Part shown: piece by piece, positions 12,436 through 26,482 of the stretch
How positions within the stretch are numbered: position 1 is the first letter of the stretch
Layout: each line of letters starts with the position of its first letter
Source of the DNA: Octopus sinensis
Taxonomy: Eukaryota
Direction: 5' to 3'
Assembly (NCBI RefSeq): GCF_006345805.1
Contig: NC_043005.1
Span: forward strand, 26,722,001-26,786,000
DNA length: 64,000 nt
The notes under the pieces: generated by a model
What the model saw: only the letters and a program-made list of their open reading frames with translations
The model's database searches: none
What the model was told of the DNA's origin: nothing
Made by a program: the position numbers and the translations under genes

Positions 12436-12979
12436 CTAGGAACTGATCGAGTAAGTGCTATAATCGGTTTTCCAACGGTTACTGAATTTTTTTTCTTTTT
12501 TGGTAGAAGTGTCTCTACAATGGTCTCACGAGGGCGACCATGTCTCAAACTCGTGTGTGTTAGCACATCCACAACGCTGCTTTTAAGTTATGTATCATAG
12601 ATAGTGTATGATCTTTCTGATGAAGATACGTTATATTTTATATGTAAATAAATAAACATAACACTGCCGATGTTTTATATATCAATTCTCAATGGGAAAT
12701 TCTAACATACTAAGGGCAGGGAGGATATTGAACAAAAGCACACACTGCAATAAAAGCTTCACAAAGGATCAGAAGGGAAGAAGGGAAATATTAAACAGAA
12801 TTGTAGGCATGGCCTATCACAGCCAGTTATTGACCAACACTTACAAAAACTGCAACGGATTGGAAAATCTCTAGGATTGAGAAGATTCTCGGTTTCTGAC
12901 TGAAGCACTAAATCATTGATGGCGGAATTCAGTGGCCTGGTATTTCTTGATTCCATGTACTGTGTTACCAGCCTTAGGA

Positions 12980-13130
12980 CAAGGATATAATACAAGAGCA
13001 CAGCTTACCTCCTCTACTCTTTAGTCTTTAAAAAAGAGTACATTATTTCACGTGTGCCTTTCTGAACTAAGGATCATACATCTGGCCAGTCAACGGTCAG
13101 CATTCTCTCTAACTTCTCCTTTGAAGACTT
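12980..13130 (+). mobile_element. Possible decayed LINE RT remnant (RTE-like)
   Basis: Frameshifted LGQG..LPPLLFSL..VSILSNFSFED, resembling QG..SP.LF and NLRFADD motifs. Confidence 0.2.
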
Positions 13131-13885
13131 ATAGAAACACTCACCCATTAATTGCAAAATAGGCGCAGATTACTCTCCTGGTTCTTTCTTAGAAAGAAAA
13201 AAAAACAGGGAGATACTTTGGCCTTATATCTCGTCTTCACGAGTTTCCTTCTCTGGCGCTTTCTCAATTCTATCGTTACATTATAGCCTCCAACGTGAGC
13301 AAGAGCTAATCTTTTCCTTGTTACTGTTTACAGCGTTCTTATAATCTAAATTCATGCATTCACAAATGTCTTTCGTTGTTAATTTTGAATTGTAACTGTA
13401 AATATTTATGCTTGATTTTTATGTTTATTTAATAGTGATATCGTGTGTGGGTGGGGGGTGTTCATGTGTATTTGAACAAAACTTTGAACGACATAGTTTT
13501 TTGAAAGCGCTACAACCATGAAACCTAGCACCCCCTCCACTTTCACAAAGATGACTGTTTAGAAACACAAATAAACAATTCAAATTGCTGTTTTGTGTCA
13601 AAAATAAAATCATAGTCAAAACTGATATTAGGCACGAACATGTCTTTTATCCCAGAAAACAGACTGGGCCTCCTTTTGTTACCAACCCATCTGAGACCAC
13701 CACTGTTTATATGAGGCAAACTTTCAGTTTTGAAAAGATCTAAATCAGTGGTTCCCAACAATGGTTCCAAACCCTTTTATTTAAATGAGTTTTCCCACAG
13801 ACCCCTTTTAATATGCTTATGTATGTATATATATATACATACATACACACACACACACATACACACACACACATACATACACACA

Positions 13886-13956
<71 letters not shown>

Positions 13957-14469
13957 CACACACATATATATATATATAATTATCAATAATAAGTAGAATT
14001 CGGTATGAAAAAAGGACCATTTCACGGTAAGTTTAAGTAATACTAATAAAAGATTTGCTTTACCACACACCGAAGTTTAGAAATAGCAGCCAAAAATCTT
14101 AGCTATTTCTTCTACTTTAAAAGGGGGTCTCCCGGAGAAACCAAAATAGTTGAAGATAATTCACACAAGCAGAGAGTAAAGCAACGAAAATCAATCAATA
14201 TCTGGTTATCCATGGACGCGCGTTTCTGAATTAGGTTTTGCATAAAGAATATAAAATTATACTTTACTAACCATATTCTTCATCGGCATGGCTTTCCACG
14301 ATAATTCGAAGGTACTAGAATAGTTGAACAAATCTTTCCACCTAACGGTATTAGACACTGTAGTTTACTTGAAGACACACGCGGGCGGGCGGGGGAAGCT
14401 AAGCGAACCTCATTCATATCTTGAATTCGACGGTGCTAAAATTGAATTTGATCTGTCTAATACCGATTT

Positions 14470-14650
14470 ATTTTCCTCTGTCTTCCCTTCTCTGGATCTT
14501 TCCTTTTCCTATGTTTCCGACGAAGAGCTCCGCTCGAAACGTTATACCCTCCTTCTTTCCTTCTTTCCTGAGCGTCCAATAATACTATATTTGTTCCACG
14601 TCCTCGCGTTGTTGTGTTTTTTTGTGCTTTCTTGTTTGGATTAACTTTAT
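14470..14650 (+). mobile_element. PLE terminal fragment, family B, with HHR-like motif at 14517-14543
   Basis: CCGACGAAGAGCTCCGCTCGAAACGTT. Homologous to 1752-1908 and 38810-38968; ends at (TA)n. Confidence 0.75.
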
Positions 14651-14699
14651 ATATATATATATATATATAATATATATATATATATACATATATATATAC

Positions 14700-14734
<35 letters not shown>

Positions 14735-14755
14735 CATATATATATACACATATAT

Positions 14756-14811
<56 letters not shown>

Positions 14812-14847
14812 ATGCATGTATGTATATATTTATGCGATAGATTTCTT

Positions 14848-14998
14848 TTAGTTTTCGTTTACCAAATCCAACCACAAGGCTTTGATCGGTGCGGGTCTAT
14901 TGCAAAAGACACTTGCTCATAGTGCCACGCAGTAAGATTGAACCCGAGACCATGTTGCTAGGAAGCAAACTTCTTAACCACACAGCAATGCCTGCATC
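14848..14998 (-). mobile_element. OR2-like tRNA SINE head
   Basis: Reverse complement resembles GCTGTGTGGTTAAGAAGTTTGCTTCC..GGGTTCAATC..GGCAAGTGTCTT. Confidence 0.7.
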
Positions 14999-15558
14999 TA
15001 TAATCTGAGTACTAAATAACATTCCTAAAGGGAATGTTATGATTTAAGCGTGCGTAACTTATATTATGGTTTTCATGACCAAGATCGTTATAGGCAGTGA
15101 TTTAGAGACCATATGGTAAAATGATTAAATACCAACTACTTAACCATATTCTTTGCATTCGAGTCAAATGGAATGGATAAAGCATATGTATCATCTTGCC
15201 ACGCTGTTCGTTTTGGTTCTGATATCATCAGCTTTTAATTTGACAATGTTTCTCTGTGGGATCCGAGCACATTTTGCCTTCGCAAACATCTTTGCTTTCG
15301 ACAGATTTCTAATCTATCATTGTTGCTATTCGATTTAATTACAAACCGTTTCAGTATGGCGCCTTTTTCTAATTCAACGTGATGGAAAGAGGCTTTCAAG
15401 TGGGTATGAAGTCGGTAGAGCTAAAAGGAGCCGTAAACGGTTTATGTTGGAAGTTAAATGTTTTACAAAAGTTTGATGCAGCTCAAAAGAAAAGCTCAGT
15501 TATATTGCAAAGTTTGTGACTTTCACAGCAGCGATAACAACGTAATATTGAAGACAAA

Positions 15559-15560
<2 letters not shown>

Positions 15561-15646
<86 letters not shown>

Positions 15647-15664
15647 CCTATCTATCTATCTACC

Positions 15665-15695
<31 letters not shown>
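15561..15695. repeat. (TATC)n/(TGTC)n microsatellite
   Basis: Direct; 5' flank of the Tx1 copy. Confidence 0.95.
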
Positions 15696-17662
15696 GTAGG
15701 AACCTGGCATGGGTGGGGGTGCCCTGATCAATTTGGATCACTCGAAAGCTTTCGATAGGGTAGACCATAGATACTTGGAGGTTGTCCTCAGAGCGGCTGG
15801 TTTCGGTCCCGTCTTCCGCGGCTGGATCACTGCTTTGTACAGAGGCATCCGTTCGGTATTTCGCGTAAATGGACATCTGTCGAGACCTTTCGACATTACA
15901 CGGTCGGTCCGTCAGGGATGCCCCCTCTCGTCGCTTCTATACGTGTTGACTCTCGAGCCACTACTGCGGAGGCTTGCGACTCTGAGGGGCATCCCGCGAG
16001 AATTGGGATGCGGGACGAGCGTGTCTGCATACGCGGACGACGTCACCGTCATAGTGTCTAGCCACGAGCACATCGAGCGGGTCGGCGAGACACTGAAAGA
16101 CTACGAAGCGGTCACAGGAGCGAAAATCAACCGGGAAAAGTCAGTGGGCTTGCGGCTCGGCACCTGGAGAAGCAAGCCAATGCCGTCCACTAGCGCCTCC
16201 GTCGGTGGACGCTGGACCGACGGTCCGGTCGAGTTGCTCGGAGTCTGGTTTGGTCCGGACCTCTAAATGGAGACGAACTGGAACGAGGTAACGAGTGGAG
16301 TGGTCACTCTCACCCGGCAATGGACCGAGAGGAAACTGTCCCAAAGGCAGAGGTGGCGAACTCGTACATCGCCTCCGTCATCTACTACCGTCTGACCGTC
16401 GTGCCTTGTCCCGACCTTACCATCACCAAGCTAGAAAGCATTCTCTTCCGCTTCTTGTGAAAAGGATGCGCGTCGATGGTCAGGTGATCCATTTGCTGTC
16501 AACACACGTTAAAAGGAGGGCTGGGCATGCCGTGGTTGATGATGCGCAGACACGCGCTGAGACTGCAACATCTCCGGCTCTACGTAGACGACGGTGAACA
16601 GTTGTGGTCGCCGTTTGTGAAGCACGCTTTCCAGCAGTTCGTCTCCGTGACCGAACTGTAGTCGTGGATCAAAATGAGGCCGAGGAAGGGTCGACGTTGA
16701 GCGACTTTAACACAACCAAAGCATTCTATAGGGGATTAGTGGAGGAGAGGTACGACGACGATCTCGGGGCGAATCTGGGCGTCGATGAGGAATACCTAAC
16801 CCGCCTGTTCAAGACGACTTTCGGGCCGGGGCCTATGGACAACTTCCAGAGATCCCTGGCCTGGCAGTGCTACCGAGAAGCGCTACCCGTTCGGGATAAG
16901 CTCTACAGACACGGCTTTAGAAACATGGGGCCGACCTGCCTGAGATGCGGTCAGAGCGACGAAACCGTCCTGCACGCACTCGTGCCATGTCCAACCATTT
17001 CCGACCTGTGGGCTTATGTCGAACGACTGCTATCACGTGTGGGACGAGTCGGTTTATCAGCCGATTCTATCGTCAATATCGTCACGCCTCCTTCCTTCAA
17101 ACGGGAAGAACTATTTTCATCATACTTGTGGCTATGGCGAAAGAATGTATCTGGTAGACGCGTCTAAAAGGATTAGAGACAAACTCTTTCCTCTCTGGTC
17201 ACTCTCTCATCCAATTCTTCAAGTATCACTTGAAAAGGAAAGTGAGAGTAGAGAGGCAAGTTTTGTTTAGCGAATGTTTCAAAAAAGATGGGTGAATGTA
17301 GCAAGGATGGCACGTATGAATGACGAAATCCCCTTAAGCATAATCCTATAAACCCGGAAAAATTTAAAACAGAGAGTTACTCACTTGCAAATAAATGTGT
17401 TAACATGTGACAATATTGACCGAGGTTACCGTGGTCTTTTTCGTAGGCTTTTCTTTCCACGGATAAACCTTATCTGTATCCCCCTTCACACTTTACATCA
17501 TGACATTTCTGTGATACACGATCCCTATTGATCGTTTTTTCTACGATCCCTTTTGATCGAAAACCTACCCCCACTTTTTTTTCTCCCCAAAAAGAAAAGC
17601 TCTACTTTGTAATTTGTACCCTCCGTGTTCAGCCTTGCGTGGCTAATAAAGAAACATATCTG
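15696..17662 (+). mobile_element. 5'-truncated Tx1/L1-like LINE, copy 2 (RT pseudogene, zinc finger, 3' UTR)
   Basis: LINLDHSKAFDRVDH, SVRQGCPLSSLLY, SAYADDV, NREKSVGL and CLRCGQSDETVLHAL..CP, with stops and frameshifts. AATAAA at 17645 followed by (TATC)n. Confidence 0.92.
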
Positions 17663-17667
17663 TCTGC

Positions 17668-17782
<115 letters not shown>

Positions 17783-18350
17783 CATACCTACCTACCTGTC
17801 TGTCTAGCTCGCTAGCTATACATGCATGCATACATACATACATACATACATACATACATACATACATACATACATACATACATACATACATACATACATG
17901 CATACATACATGTAATCTGATTTTAGGTTCGAAATTTGTTAAAATGTAAAATGTACTCGAGTTTCCGTGAGGGTTCAATTAATTACATGCCGTGTCCCGG
18001 AATGACTGGGTCTTTTTTTTTTTTTTTTTTTTCAACAATATTTAAGTACAGAATTCCAAAAGAGCAGAGTTTTAGTAAGGTGGGTGCTTCCACCACACAC
18101 ACACACACACACACACACACAGCACATATATGCTTGTATACGTGTCTTGTATGTGTGCGTGCATGCGCAGACATGTCTATTCTGTGTATGCTGAAGACTG
18201 TTTCATGCACATTAACCAAGAATGCAGAAGGAGAGGAGAGGGGGAAGAATAGAACAAAGCAGAGACGGAAACGGTAGGAAGAGAGAGAAAAGAAATGCAG
18301 ATAGATAAATAAACAGACTGACAGACAGATAGATAAATAGAGAAAAAGAG

Positions 18351-18389
<39 letters not shown>

Positions 18390-18549
18390 GAGTGTGAGTA
18401 CACATGCTTAAGATTCAGTAACACGTCTTCCATACATTGCCATTGTGTGTTAACACATTTATAACTAAAGGGTAACTCTTTCACCATGGCAACGTCTATT
18501 CCTTGTGTCACACAGACAAGGGGATCAATAAGATCCTTCAGAATTCTGA

Positions 18550-19346
18550 TGTCTGTGGTGGCGATGGTGGTGGTGGTGGTGGTGGGAATGGTGGTGGTGG
18601 TGGTGGTGGTGGTAGTAGTAGTCGCGATAGTGGCAATGGTGGTGGTGATGGGGAAAATGGCGATGGTGGTGGTGTTGGTGGTGGGGGATGGCAGTGGTGG
18701 TGATGGCGATGGTGGTGGTGGTGATGGTGTTTGTTCTTGTGGTGGTGAAATAGTGATGGTAGTGAATGATGGTGTTAATGGTGTGGGGGGATAGCGGCGG
18801 TAGTGATGGAGATGGTGGATGTTCTTGTGGTGGTGGTTTTAGTTGAGAGCGGATTAATAATGGAGTGGTGCTGTTGTGGCAGTGGTGTTGTGGTGATGGT
18901 GGTGCTAGAGATGGTGTTGGACGGCGGCGGTGGCGGCGCTGATGGTAGTTTGGGGTGGTATAGGTGTTGTGGTGGCAGTACGGGGTCTCTGGGCTGTAGT
19001 GATAGCTAAAGATAGTAGGTGTGCAGGTGGTGGTCCTGCGGCAATGGAGTTGAAAGACATGCTTAACGTATTGGTGGTGTCGTGGTGGTGGTGGTGGTGG
19101 TGGTGGTGGTGGTGGTGGTGGTGGTGGTTCTAGTGGTACTGGATTCATGATTGTTGTAATGGCAATTGTAGTGGCTGTAGTGTGTTGGTTAGAGTAGTAA
19201 TTGTGGTGTTGGTGGTAGTTGTAGTGGTAGCAAGGTGCCTGCTGGAAGTTTCTTTATGGACTTCACGATATCCTCGGTGGTTGGGCAATGATTTATTGGT
19301 CGTCATATGTTCGTTACTGGCGGGCTGATGTTGGTGGTGGTGGTGA

Positions 19347-19377
<31 letters not shown>

Positions 19378-19592
19378 GGTGATTGTATTAGTAGTGGAAG
19401 TGGTGGTGGCTGTAATAGTAGTAGTAGCAGTAGCAGTAGTAGTAATGGTGGTGGTAGCGGTGGCAGTACGTATTAGTAGTAGCAGCAGCAGTAGTAGTGG
19501 TGGTGGTGGTGGCAGTAATAGTAGTAGTAGTAGTAGCAGCAGCAGCAGTAACAGTAGTAGTAGTAGCAGCAGCAGCAACAACAGTAGTAGTG

Positions 19593-19641
<49 letters not shown>

Positions 19642-19750
19642 AGTAGTAGTAACAGCAGTAGTAGTCGTAATAATGGTGGTGGCTGTAAGTATTAGTAGTA
19701 GCAGTAGTAGTAGTGGTGGTTGTGGCAGTAATAGTAGTATTAGTAGTAGT

Positions 19751-19785
<35 letters not shown>

Positions 19786-19977
19786 TAGTAGTGGTAGTGG
19801 TGGTTGTGGTGGTGATTGTAATAGTAGTGGAAGCAGTGGTGGTGGTGGTGGTGGGGATTGTAATAGTGGTGGTGGTAGTGGCAGTAGTAGTAGCAGTATT
19901 TGCAGCAGCGAAAGCTGCGGTGGTAGAGGTAGTAGTTACGTCAACATAATCATCAGCAGCAGTAGCACTAGTAGCAA

Positions 19978-20049
<72 letters not shown>

Positions 20050-20490
20050 CAACAGTAGAAAATGTAATAGCAGCTGTAGTTGTAGCAATCGCTGCAGTAT
20101 TGGTTGTTGTAGTAGGGGTTGTAGGCTTCATGTCAATTGTAATGGTGACGATGGTTGTTGCTGTCGTAGTGGTGGTGGTGGTGGTGGTGGTGGTAGCAGC
20201 GGTGGTATTGGTGATGACGGTTGGGGTGGGGTGGTGGCGATGCCGTTGGGGGACAATGGTGAGGGTGGGGGAGTCGATGTTGACGGTGAATTTGTTACTA
20301 GTAAAAGTGGTGGAGGCGGTGGTGGTGATGGTAGTGATAATGGTGCTGGTGCTGGTGGCTGTGGTGGTGGTGGTGGTGGTGGTGGTGGCGGTGGTGGTGG
20401 AGGAGGTGATGGTGGCGGTGGTGGTGGTGGTGGTGGTGGTCGTCGTGGCGGTGGTGGTGGTGGTGATGACGGTGGTGGTGGTAGTGTAGG
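18550..20490. repeat. ~2 kb degenerate trinucleotide (GGT/AGT/GCA/GAT) low-complexity block
   Basis: Direct; gives Thr-, Ser/Gly- or Val-rich frames. Confidence 0.9.
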
Positions 20491-20576
20491 GTTTGAGAAT
20501 GGTCGCTATTGTAAAGGGGTTAACCGCGCGGCAGCGTCTCTTGTTTGACTGTCACATCGAGAGGACTCGTTTTTCA

Positions 20577-20590
20577 GTTGCCATGGCAAC
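20577..20590. promoter_or_regulatory. Perfect palindromic RFX X-box consensus GTTGCCATGGCAAC
   Basis: Exact 14-bp palindrome in a short CpG-containing unique segment (CCGCGCGG at 20524). Function is untested. Confidence 0.4.
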
Positions 20591-20621
20591 AACACTACGC
20601 TACTCTCACGTGCACACACAT

Positions 20622-20668
<47 letters not shown>

Positions 20669-20796
20669 TATTTGCGCATGCATATATAACTGTATATAAT
20701 GTGTGTGTGTGTGTGTATGTATATATGTGTATATATATCTGTATATATGCACATACGTTTCTGTGTGTGTTTGTGAGTGTGTGTGTGTTTGTGTGC

Positions 20797-20841
<45 letters not shown>

Positions 20842-20918
20842 TAAATACACACATACACTCATATATATATATATATATATAAATTCACTCACACATATAT
20901 ACATGCATACATACATGC

Positions 20919-20955
<37 letters not shown>

Positions 20956-22406
20956 TACATACACACAAACACACACTGGCACAGAGAAATGGGTATATAC
21001 GCACCTATCCACATTTCCTAATTTGTTTTGCATTTTTTACTTTAATCCCTCACATTTGTCAGAATCCTCTTTGTTGTCTTTTCTCTCTCTCTCTCTCAGA
21101 CTCTCTCAGTCTCTCTTTATCTTTCACCCTATTTCCCATCTCCTTCTCTCCCCTTACCTTCTTCTCCTTCCCCTCCCCCTTCTCCCTTCTTCCCCTCACC
21201 TTCCTCTCCACCCTTCTTTCTTTCCTTTCTTTTTCCTGGTGCCTCTTCTTATTCATTTCTTTCTTTCTTTCTTTTTCTCTCCTTTGCACTAATCTTTCTG
21301 TTTTCCTTCCTTAGTAACCTGTCTTTCTTCTCTTCCTTCCTGCTTTCCTTTCTACCTTTTTTCTTTTTAAGTTTATCTTTCGTTAAAGCAGGAAGAACAA
21401 TTTCTTTCTTTCATTCATTTCTCCCATCGGTCTTTCCCTTCTTTATCTGTTTATTCTTTATCGTTTATTCTTTTGCCTCTTTCCGACAAACCCTCTTTCC
21501 TTACATCCCTCTTTCTTTATTTACTTATTTAATACACACACACGCACGTGAGCAGAATGCATACATACATACACACACATATATATATATATATATTCCT
21601 ATAGAGAAAACCGTAAAGAAAATTCGTGTCATTTTCTCCAACTCTCTTGCTACTGGTTCCTTTCTTTATAAATATAACAGTGTACATAGAGCAAAATAAG
21701 ACTGTAGAGATTTGTTTACACCCATACATATACACACACACGCTTGCATTCACACACACACGTATCATTCAATGTACACAGGAGTTATACGTGAGCTACT
21801 TCAAGTTTCATGCTCAGAATAATTGGACGAGATTGTATAGCGTGCCGTGTGTGAATATGTTCCACTGAGACTTTATGTAACTCATGTATAAGTTTTGTAT
21901 TCATTCTCACAGAACTGAATGCATGCTTCTTACTAACAAGCGAAAAATATATATCATATGATATGTGTATGTGTGCGTGTGTATCTATTATTCTAGTTTA
22001 CTTTCCTCACATTTTGTGTATCATCGCGCTTAATCATTTGCATTTATAACGTAAAAGAAATTTGAAAACACATAAATACAATATGTCCGTCATAGTAAGC
22101 TCGGTTGGTTTTTGCGCACACCTCTACTAACATTTTAATTGGAAATCTATTTGCTGTCATGTAAAGTTATATCCAGCGCGTTCGAGCGCAAACGGGTGGT
22201 CTTCCACTACTGAGTTACGTCCGGGAGAAAATTATCATTGGCATGTACAAAAACACAGGATATGCTGCGAATTTATATTTTTTTTTTGCTATCATTGAAT
22301 CGTAGAACACAAAACGTTTCTATGAGCACACACACACACACGTTGCTATTTTCCCTAAATATGTGAAGCTAAGTAAAATAAGTAAATTCTAATAGAAAAT
22401 AGTAAA

Positions 22407-22782
22407 GGCGCAGGCGTGGCTGTGTTGTAAGAAGCTTGCTTCTCAAGTACACATGACACTTTGGGCAAGTGTATTCTACTATAGCCTCGGGCCGACCAAA
22501 GCTTTGTGAGTGGATTTGGTAGAAGGAAACTGAAAGAAGCCCATCATATATATATATAGGCGCAATGGCCCAGTGGTTAGGGCAGCGGACTTGCGGTCGG
22601 AGGATCGTGGTTTCGATTCCCAGACCGGGCGTTGTGGGGGTTATTGAGCGAAAACACCTAAAAGCTCCACGAGGCTCCGGCAGGGGATGGTGGTGATCCC
22701 TGCTGTACTCTTTCACCACTCTAAAGGCGGTGCTCCAGCATGGCCGCAGTCAAATGACTCAACAAGTAAAAAAGAAATAATA

Positions 22783-22813
<31 letters not shown>

Positions 22814-22822
22814 ATATATAAT

Positions 22823-22869
<47 letters not shown>

Positions 22870-23040
22870 TGTCTGTGTCTGTGCTTGACCCCGTAACATA
22901 GAGTTTCGGCAAAAGCGACCGATAGAATAAATTCTAGGCTTACAATGAATAATTCCTGAGGTCGATTTGTTCGACTAAAGGCGGTGCTCCCTCATGGCCG
23001 CAGTCAAATGACTGAAACAAGTAAAAGAATAAAAGAATAA
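22407..23040 (+). mobile_element. Cluster of OR2-like SINE pieces with an OR1-like fragment (22558-22715)
   Basis: GGCGCAGGCGTGGCTGTG head at 22407; GGCGCAATGGCCCAGTGGTTAGG head at ~22558; tails GGCGGTGCTCC..CATGGCCGCAGTCAAATGAC at ~22725 and ~22980. Confidence 0.8.
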
Positions 23041-23364
23041 ACATGCGTGTGTATGTGTGTGAGTGTGTGCGTTGTATATTATTTAAACTCTTGCTACAGA
23101 TGTGTTTTGAAAATCCTCTTAAAATTAACTTTCTAAATTATTACAGTAATAAATAAATTCAGGTAATCCCTTTAAAACATATCATCCCATCGATACAACA
23201 ATAAATCTTGGTGAGATAAGCTAAGTACAAATATACGTGAAAGTTTACAAATAATTTAATTCCCACAGGATACTAGTACTGTTTAATAGTTTGTCGTGCT
23301 GGAGTGATTCACCAATAAAGAGACATTCATAAAATGTGAGCGTGTATGTATGATTGCACATATA

Positions 23365-23574
23365 CAGGCTTGCCCAAAAGTCACCTGACTGTAAATCAAA
23401 ACCATTTAATTCCAAGATTTATTATTTAACAACTGAATGGGTTTAATAAAAGCATCTAAATATGAAACGCCATGAAAATTATTCAAGCTAAAGCCCTTCT
23501 TGCGCTACACGTTTTCCCATTCGATTCAATATAGAATTACAGATAGTATTTATGCCAACTTCTGGGCAACCCTG
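23365..23574. mobile_element. 210-bp Tc1/mariner-type MITE
   Basis: TA|CAGGCTTGCCCAAAAGT...ACTTCTGGGCAACCCTG|TA: 17-bp TIRs with 2 mismatches and a TA target duplication. Confidence 0.85.
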
Positions 23575-23584
23575 TATATATATA

Positions 23585-23690
23585 TGATAGATCGCTAGCC
23601 ATTACATATCCTTTATTTTCTCTCTTTGATTCTTGTTTCTTTCTGTGGAAGAGCGTAGGCTCGAAACGTTAAAGACTTTTTCACGTCCAG
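23585..23690 (+). mobile_element. PLE terminal fragment, family A, with HHR-like motif at 23638-23675
   Basis: TCTTT CTGTGGA A GAGCGTAGGCTC GAAACGTT AAAGA. Confidence 0.65.
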
Positions 23691-23845
23691 AAGAGTTGCA
23701 GGAGATTCCGAAGTCGTCTGGAGGCCGTGGTTGAAGCCAATGACGATTTTATTGAATAAAATACTCTTTAGTATTTTTAAAATATTTTTATGTAACAACC
23801 ATCGGGGATATATTTAGTGATGTCTGTAATTTATGGACACCCTAT
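23690..23845 (+). mobile_element. 3' end of a Tc1/mariner-superfamily transposon
   Basis: KSCRRFRSRLEAVVEANDDFIE* (typical transposase C-terminus) and right end TTTATGGACACCCTA|TA. Confidence 0.75.
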
Positions 23846-23882
23846 ATGTTTGTGTGTATGCGTGTGTGTGTGTGTGTGTGTG

Positions 23883-23936
<54 letters not shown>

Positions 23937-25402
23937 ATGCGTATATATATATATGTATATATATATGTGATATTTACCACGTGAACTATGATGAGAAAGA
24001 TATGGTATATAATTTTTTGTTGTGCAGTGGTTCCTTGAGACATGTAATTTATTTTAAGGGTTACGCAAAGGAAAAAAGGATGAGAAACACAGCAGTTTGG
24101 TCAATAGGGCACCAATAAGTGCTTGAGTCAAGTTGATCGACTAAACTCTTGAAAATGGTATTTAAGTAAAAATAATTTAGTCCAACTCAACATAAGCTAC
24201 TTCGAGCCAAGTATCTCCGACAACGGACATCATTCTTTGTTTACAAAATGAGTTTTGCAGACATTGAGTGTTATTCCAACTGTAATGTTTGGTCGATTTT
24301 GAAAGCTAACCCAAACTAAAGAAAAGCTGCAATAAGGAGAAAATGTAATAGAAATGTAAACAAACCGCTGATAGCATCGCCTCTTTCATTTCCACCATCA
24401 TCGCCTGATACACACACACACACACGTAACGATATATTCGCAAACAACACCATCGCTATCACTATCACCATCATAATCCAACATTTACATACAACTGAAC
24501 TGACAGAGATGCCTTTAGAATATTTACAGCTTCAAAAAATAAAGAGAAAAAAAAAAAGACTTTGCGAAGTTTTTCAAATTCTCGAATCTATCTTTAGACA
24601 ACAAATCGTTTTTGACGCGAGTCAAAGAAAAAGGGAAATAACGGCCAGTCTTACGTTAAATGTTATCGACAGTATTGCTGGAAAAGAAAATACGAGAACA
24701 CGTGATAGAGTCTACAGGACAATCAATACTTTCAAAACACAGCTGCTATCACTTTGAAACAACTTCTATGAGATCCGCAAGATACACATGGCAATGAAAT
24801 TAAGCAACGGATGCCACCCACGTGGCTAACAAAAGTCGACAATTTGCGCTGTAGAATCGAACATTTAAATACCATCATGAGATATCAAGCACACATTATG
24901 AAAAATAAAAAGAAAGAAAAGAAATGAGTAAAATGTAGAGTGATACTAGTTACAGTATAGTGATACCGCGCAGTACGAGTTTAATTCGTTTCATGACCGA
25001 GCTCGTCTTACGATTTACTCGTTTTACAAATTAATTCTCCCCACTGAAATTAAGTAAATTATAATTAATCTGTTCCAGCCCTAAAAAAAAACACTCAAAA
25101 TTAATTTTTTATGGGTTTTAAAACAGAAAAGGTGTAGTTACAAATAATACGACGGATCTTTTCGCTTTGACCGGCAGATTTTTAAAATAATTTCTTTGTA
25201 ACATAAACACTTTTAAACTTCATAACTGGTAGGTAGAATGTGTTTATAAAACATCTTTTTCTCTTGGCTTTCTTGAGAAAATACTGTAGTTTGTAAGCTA
25301 TTTGTTCTTTAATTTCTTGCATTTCGGCAATTTCAACCAATCAATGCCGTCTATTGAGGTGAATACAATCCCTCCGGATCTTTGTCAACAACAACAACAA
25401 CA

Positions 25403-25462
<60 letters not shown>

Positions 25463-25472
25463 TTATTATTAT

Positions 25473-25690
25473 AAAGGCGGCGAGCTGGCAGAATCGTTAG
25501 CACACCGGGCTTAGCATCATTTCGTCCGTCATTACGTTCTGAGTTCAAATTCCACTGAGGTCGACTTTGCCTTTCATCCTTTCATGGTCGATGAAATAAG
25601 TACCAGTTACGCATTGGGGGTCGATGTAATCGACTATTCCCCTCCCTCCCGCCAAACTTCAGGCCTTGTTCTTATAGTAGAAAGGGTTAT
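25473..25690 (+). mobile_element. OK-like SINE following (TTA)n
   Basis: AAGGCGGCGAGCTGGCAGAATCGTTAGC head and TAGTAGAAAGG tail. Confidence 0.85.
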
Positions 25691-26423
25691 TAATATTAGT
25701 AGTATTATTTCATTGTTTGCAGGACGGTATCTGTGCGTGAGCGTGCTTGTGTGCGTGTGAGCGTGCGTGTGTGGTGGTGAAGGTTCTTATTGATTTGCTA
25801 TTATCGCACCCTATGTATTTCTTTGGCTTCCAACAGGTCTTATTTAAATGCTATAACAACACCTGCCCCTATCTACTTGTTGCCCTAACAAATGTGAGGG
25901 GGACTTGTTGCTATTGTTGAGGGTTTTGCAGCTGCTTGTTGGCACAATTTCCACCATGGTGACGGTGGTAGTTTAGTTTCCCGGCTATTTTTGTTACCTC
26001 TCTCCCCATTCTTACGTTTGTTAGGCGGTGAAGAGGGGTGGCTGGCATTGTTTGTTATAGTTGTTGTTGCTGCTGCTGTCAATCTCGCTAAAGAAGAGGA
26101 GGGTCTCCTTAGTTACTCCTCCTACTATCAGCATCTGATATGCGAATCGGGTAATTTTCCTCACAACTTCCCCACTTTTTGTCTTCTCCTTGCTCCGTGA
26201 TAAAAAAAAACCCCAAAAAACAAAAAGAAGCACAGCGAACTAATTCTCAAAATAAATTTTCGAAAGTTTATTAAAAGAAATTCGATTCCGAAGGGGTCCA
26301 ACCACAACAGGGACCTAACTGGCTTCCCAAAATAAAATCTGACAGTAACGATAGAGACATAACAACAACAAAACAACAACAGCTAACAACAACAACAACA
26401 ACAGTAACAACAACAACAACAAC

Positions 26424-26481
<58 letters not shown>

Positions 26482-26482
<1 letters not shown>

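Noticed and set aside
13746-13810. CAGTGGTTCCCAAC hAT-like terminus
   Set aside because: No matching opposite terminus or TSD found nearby.
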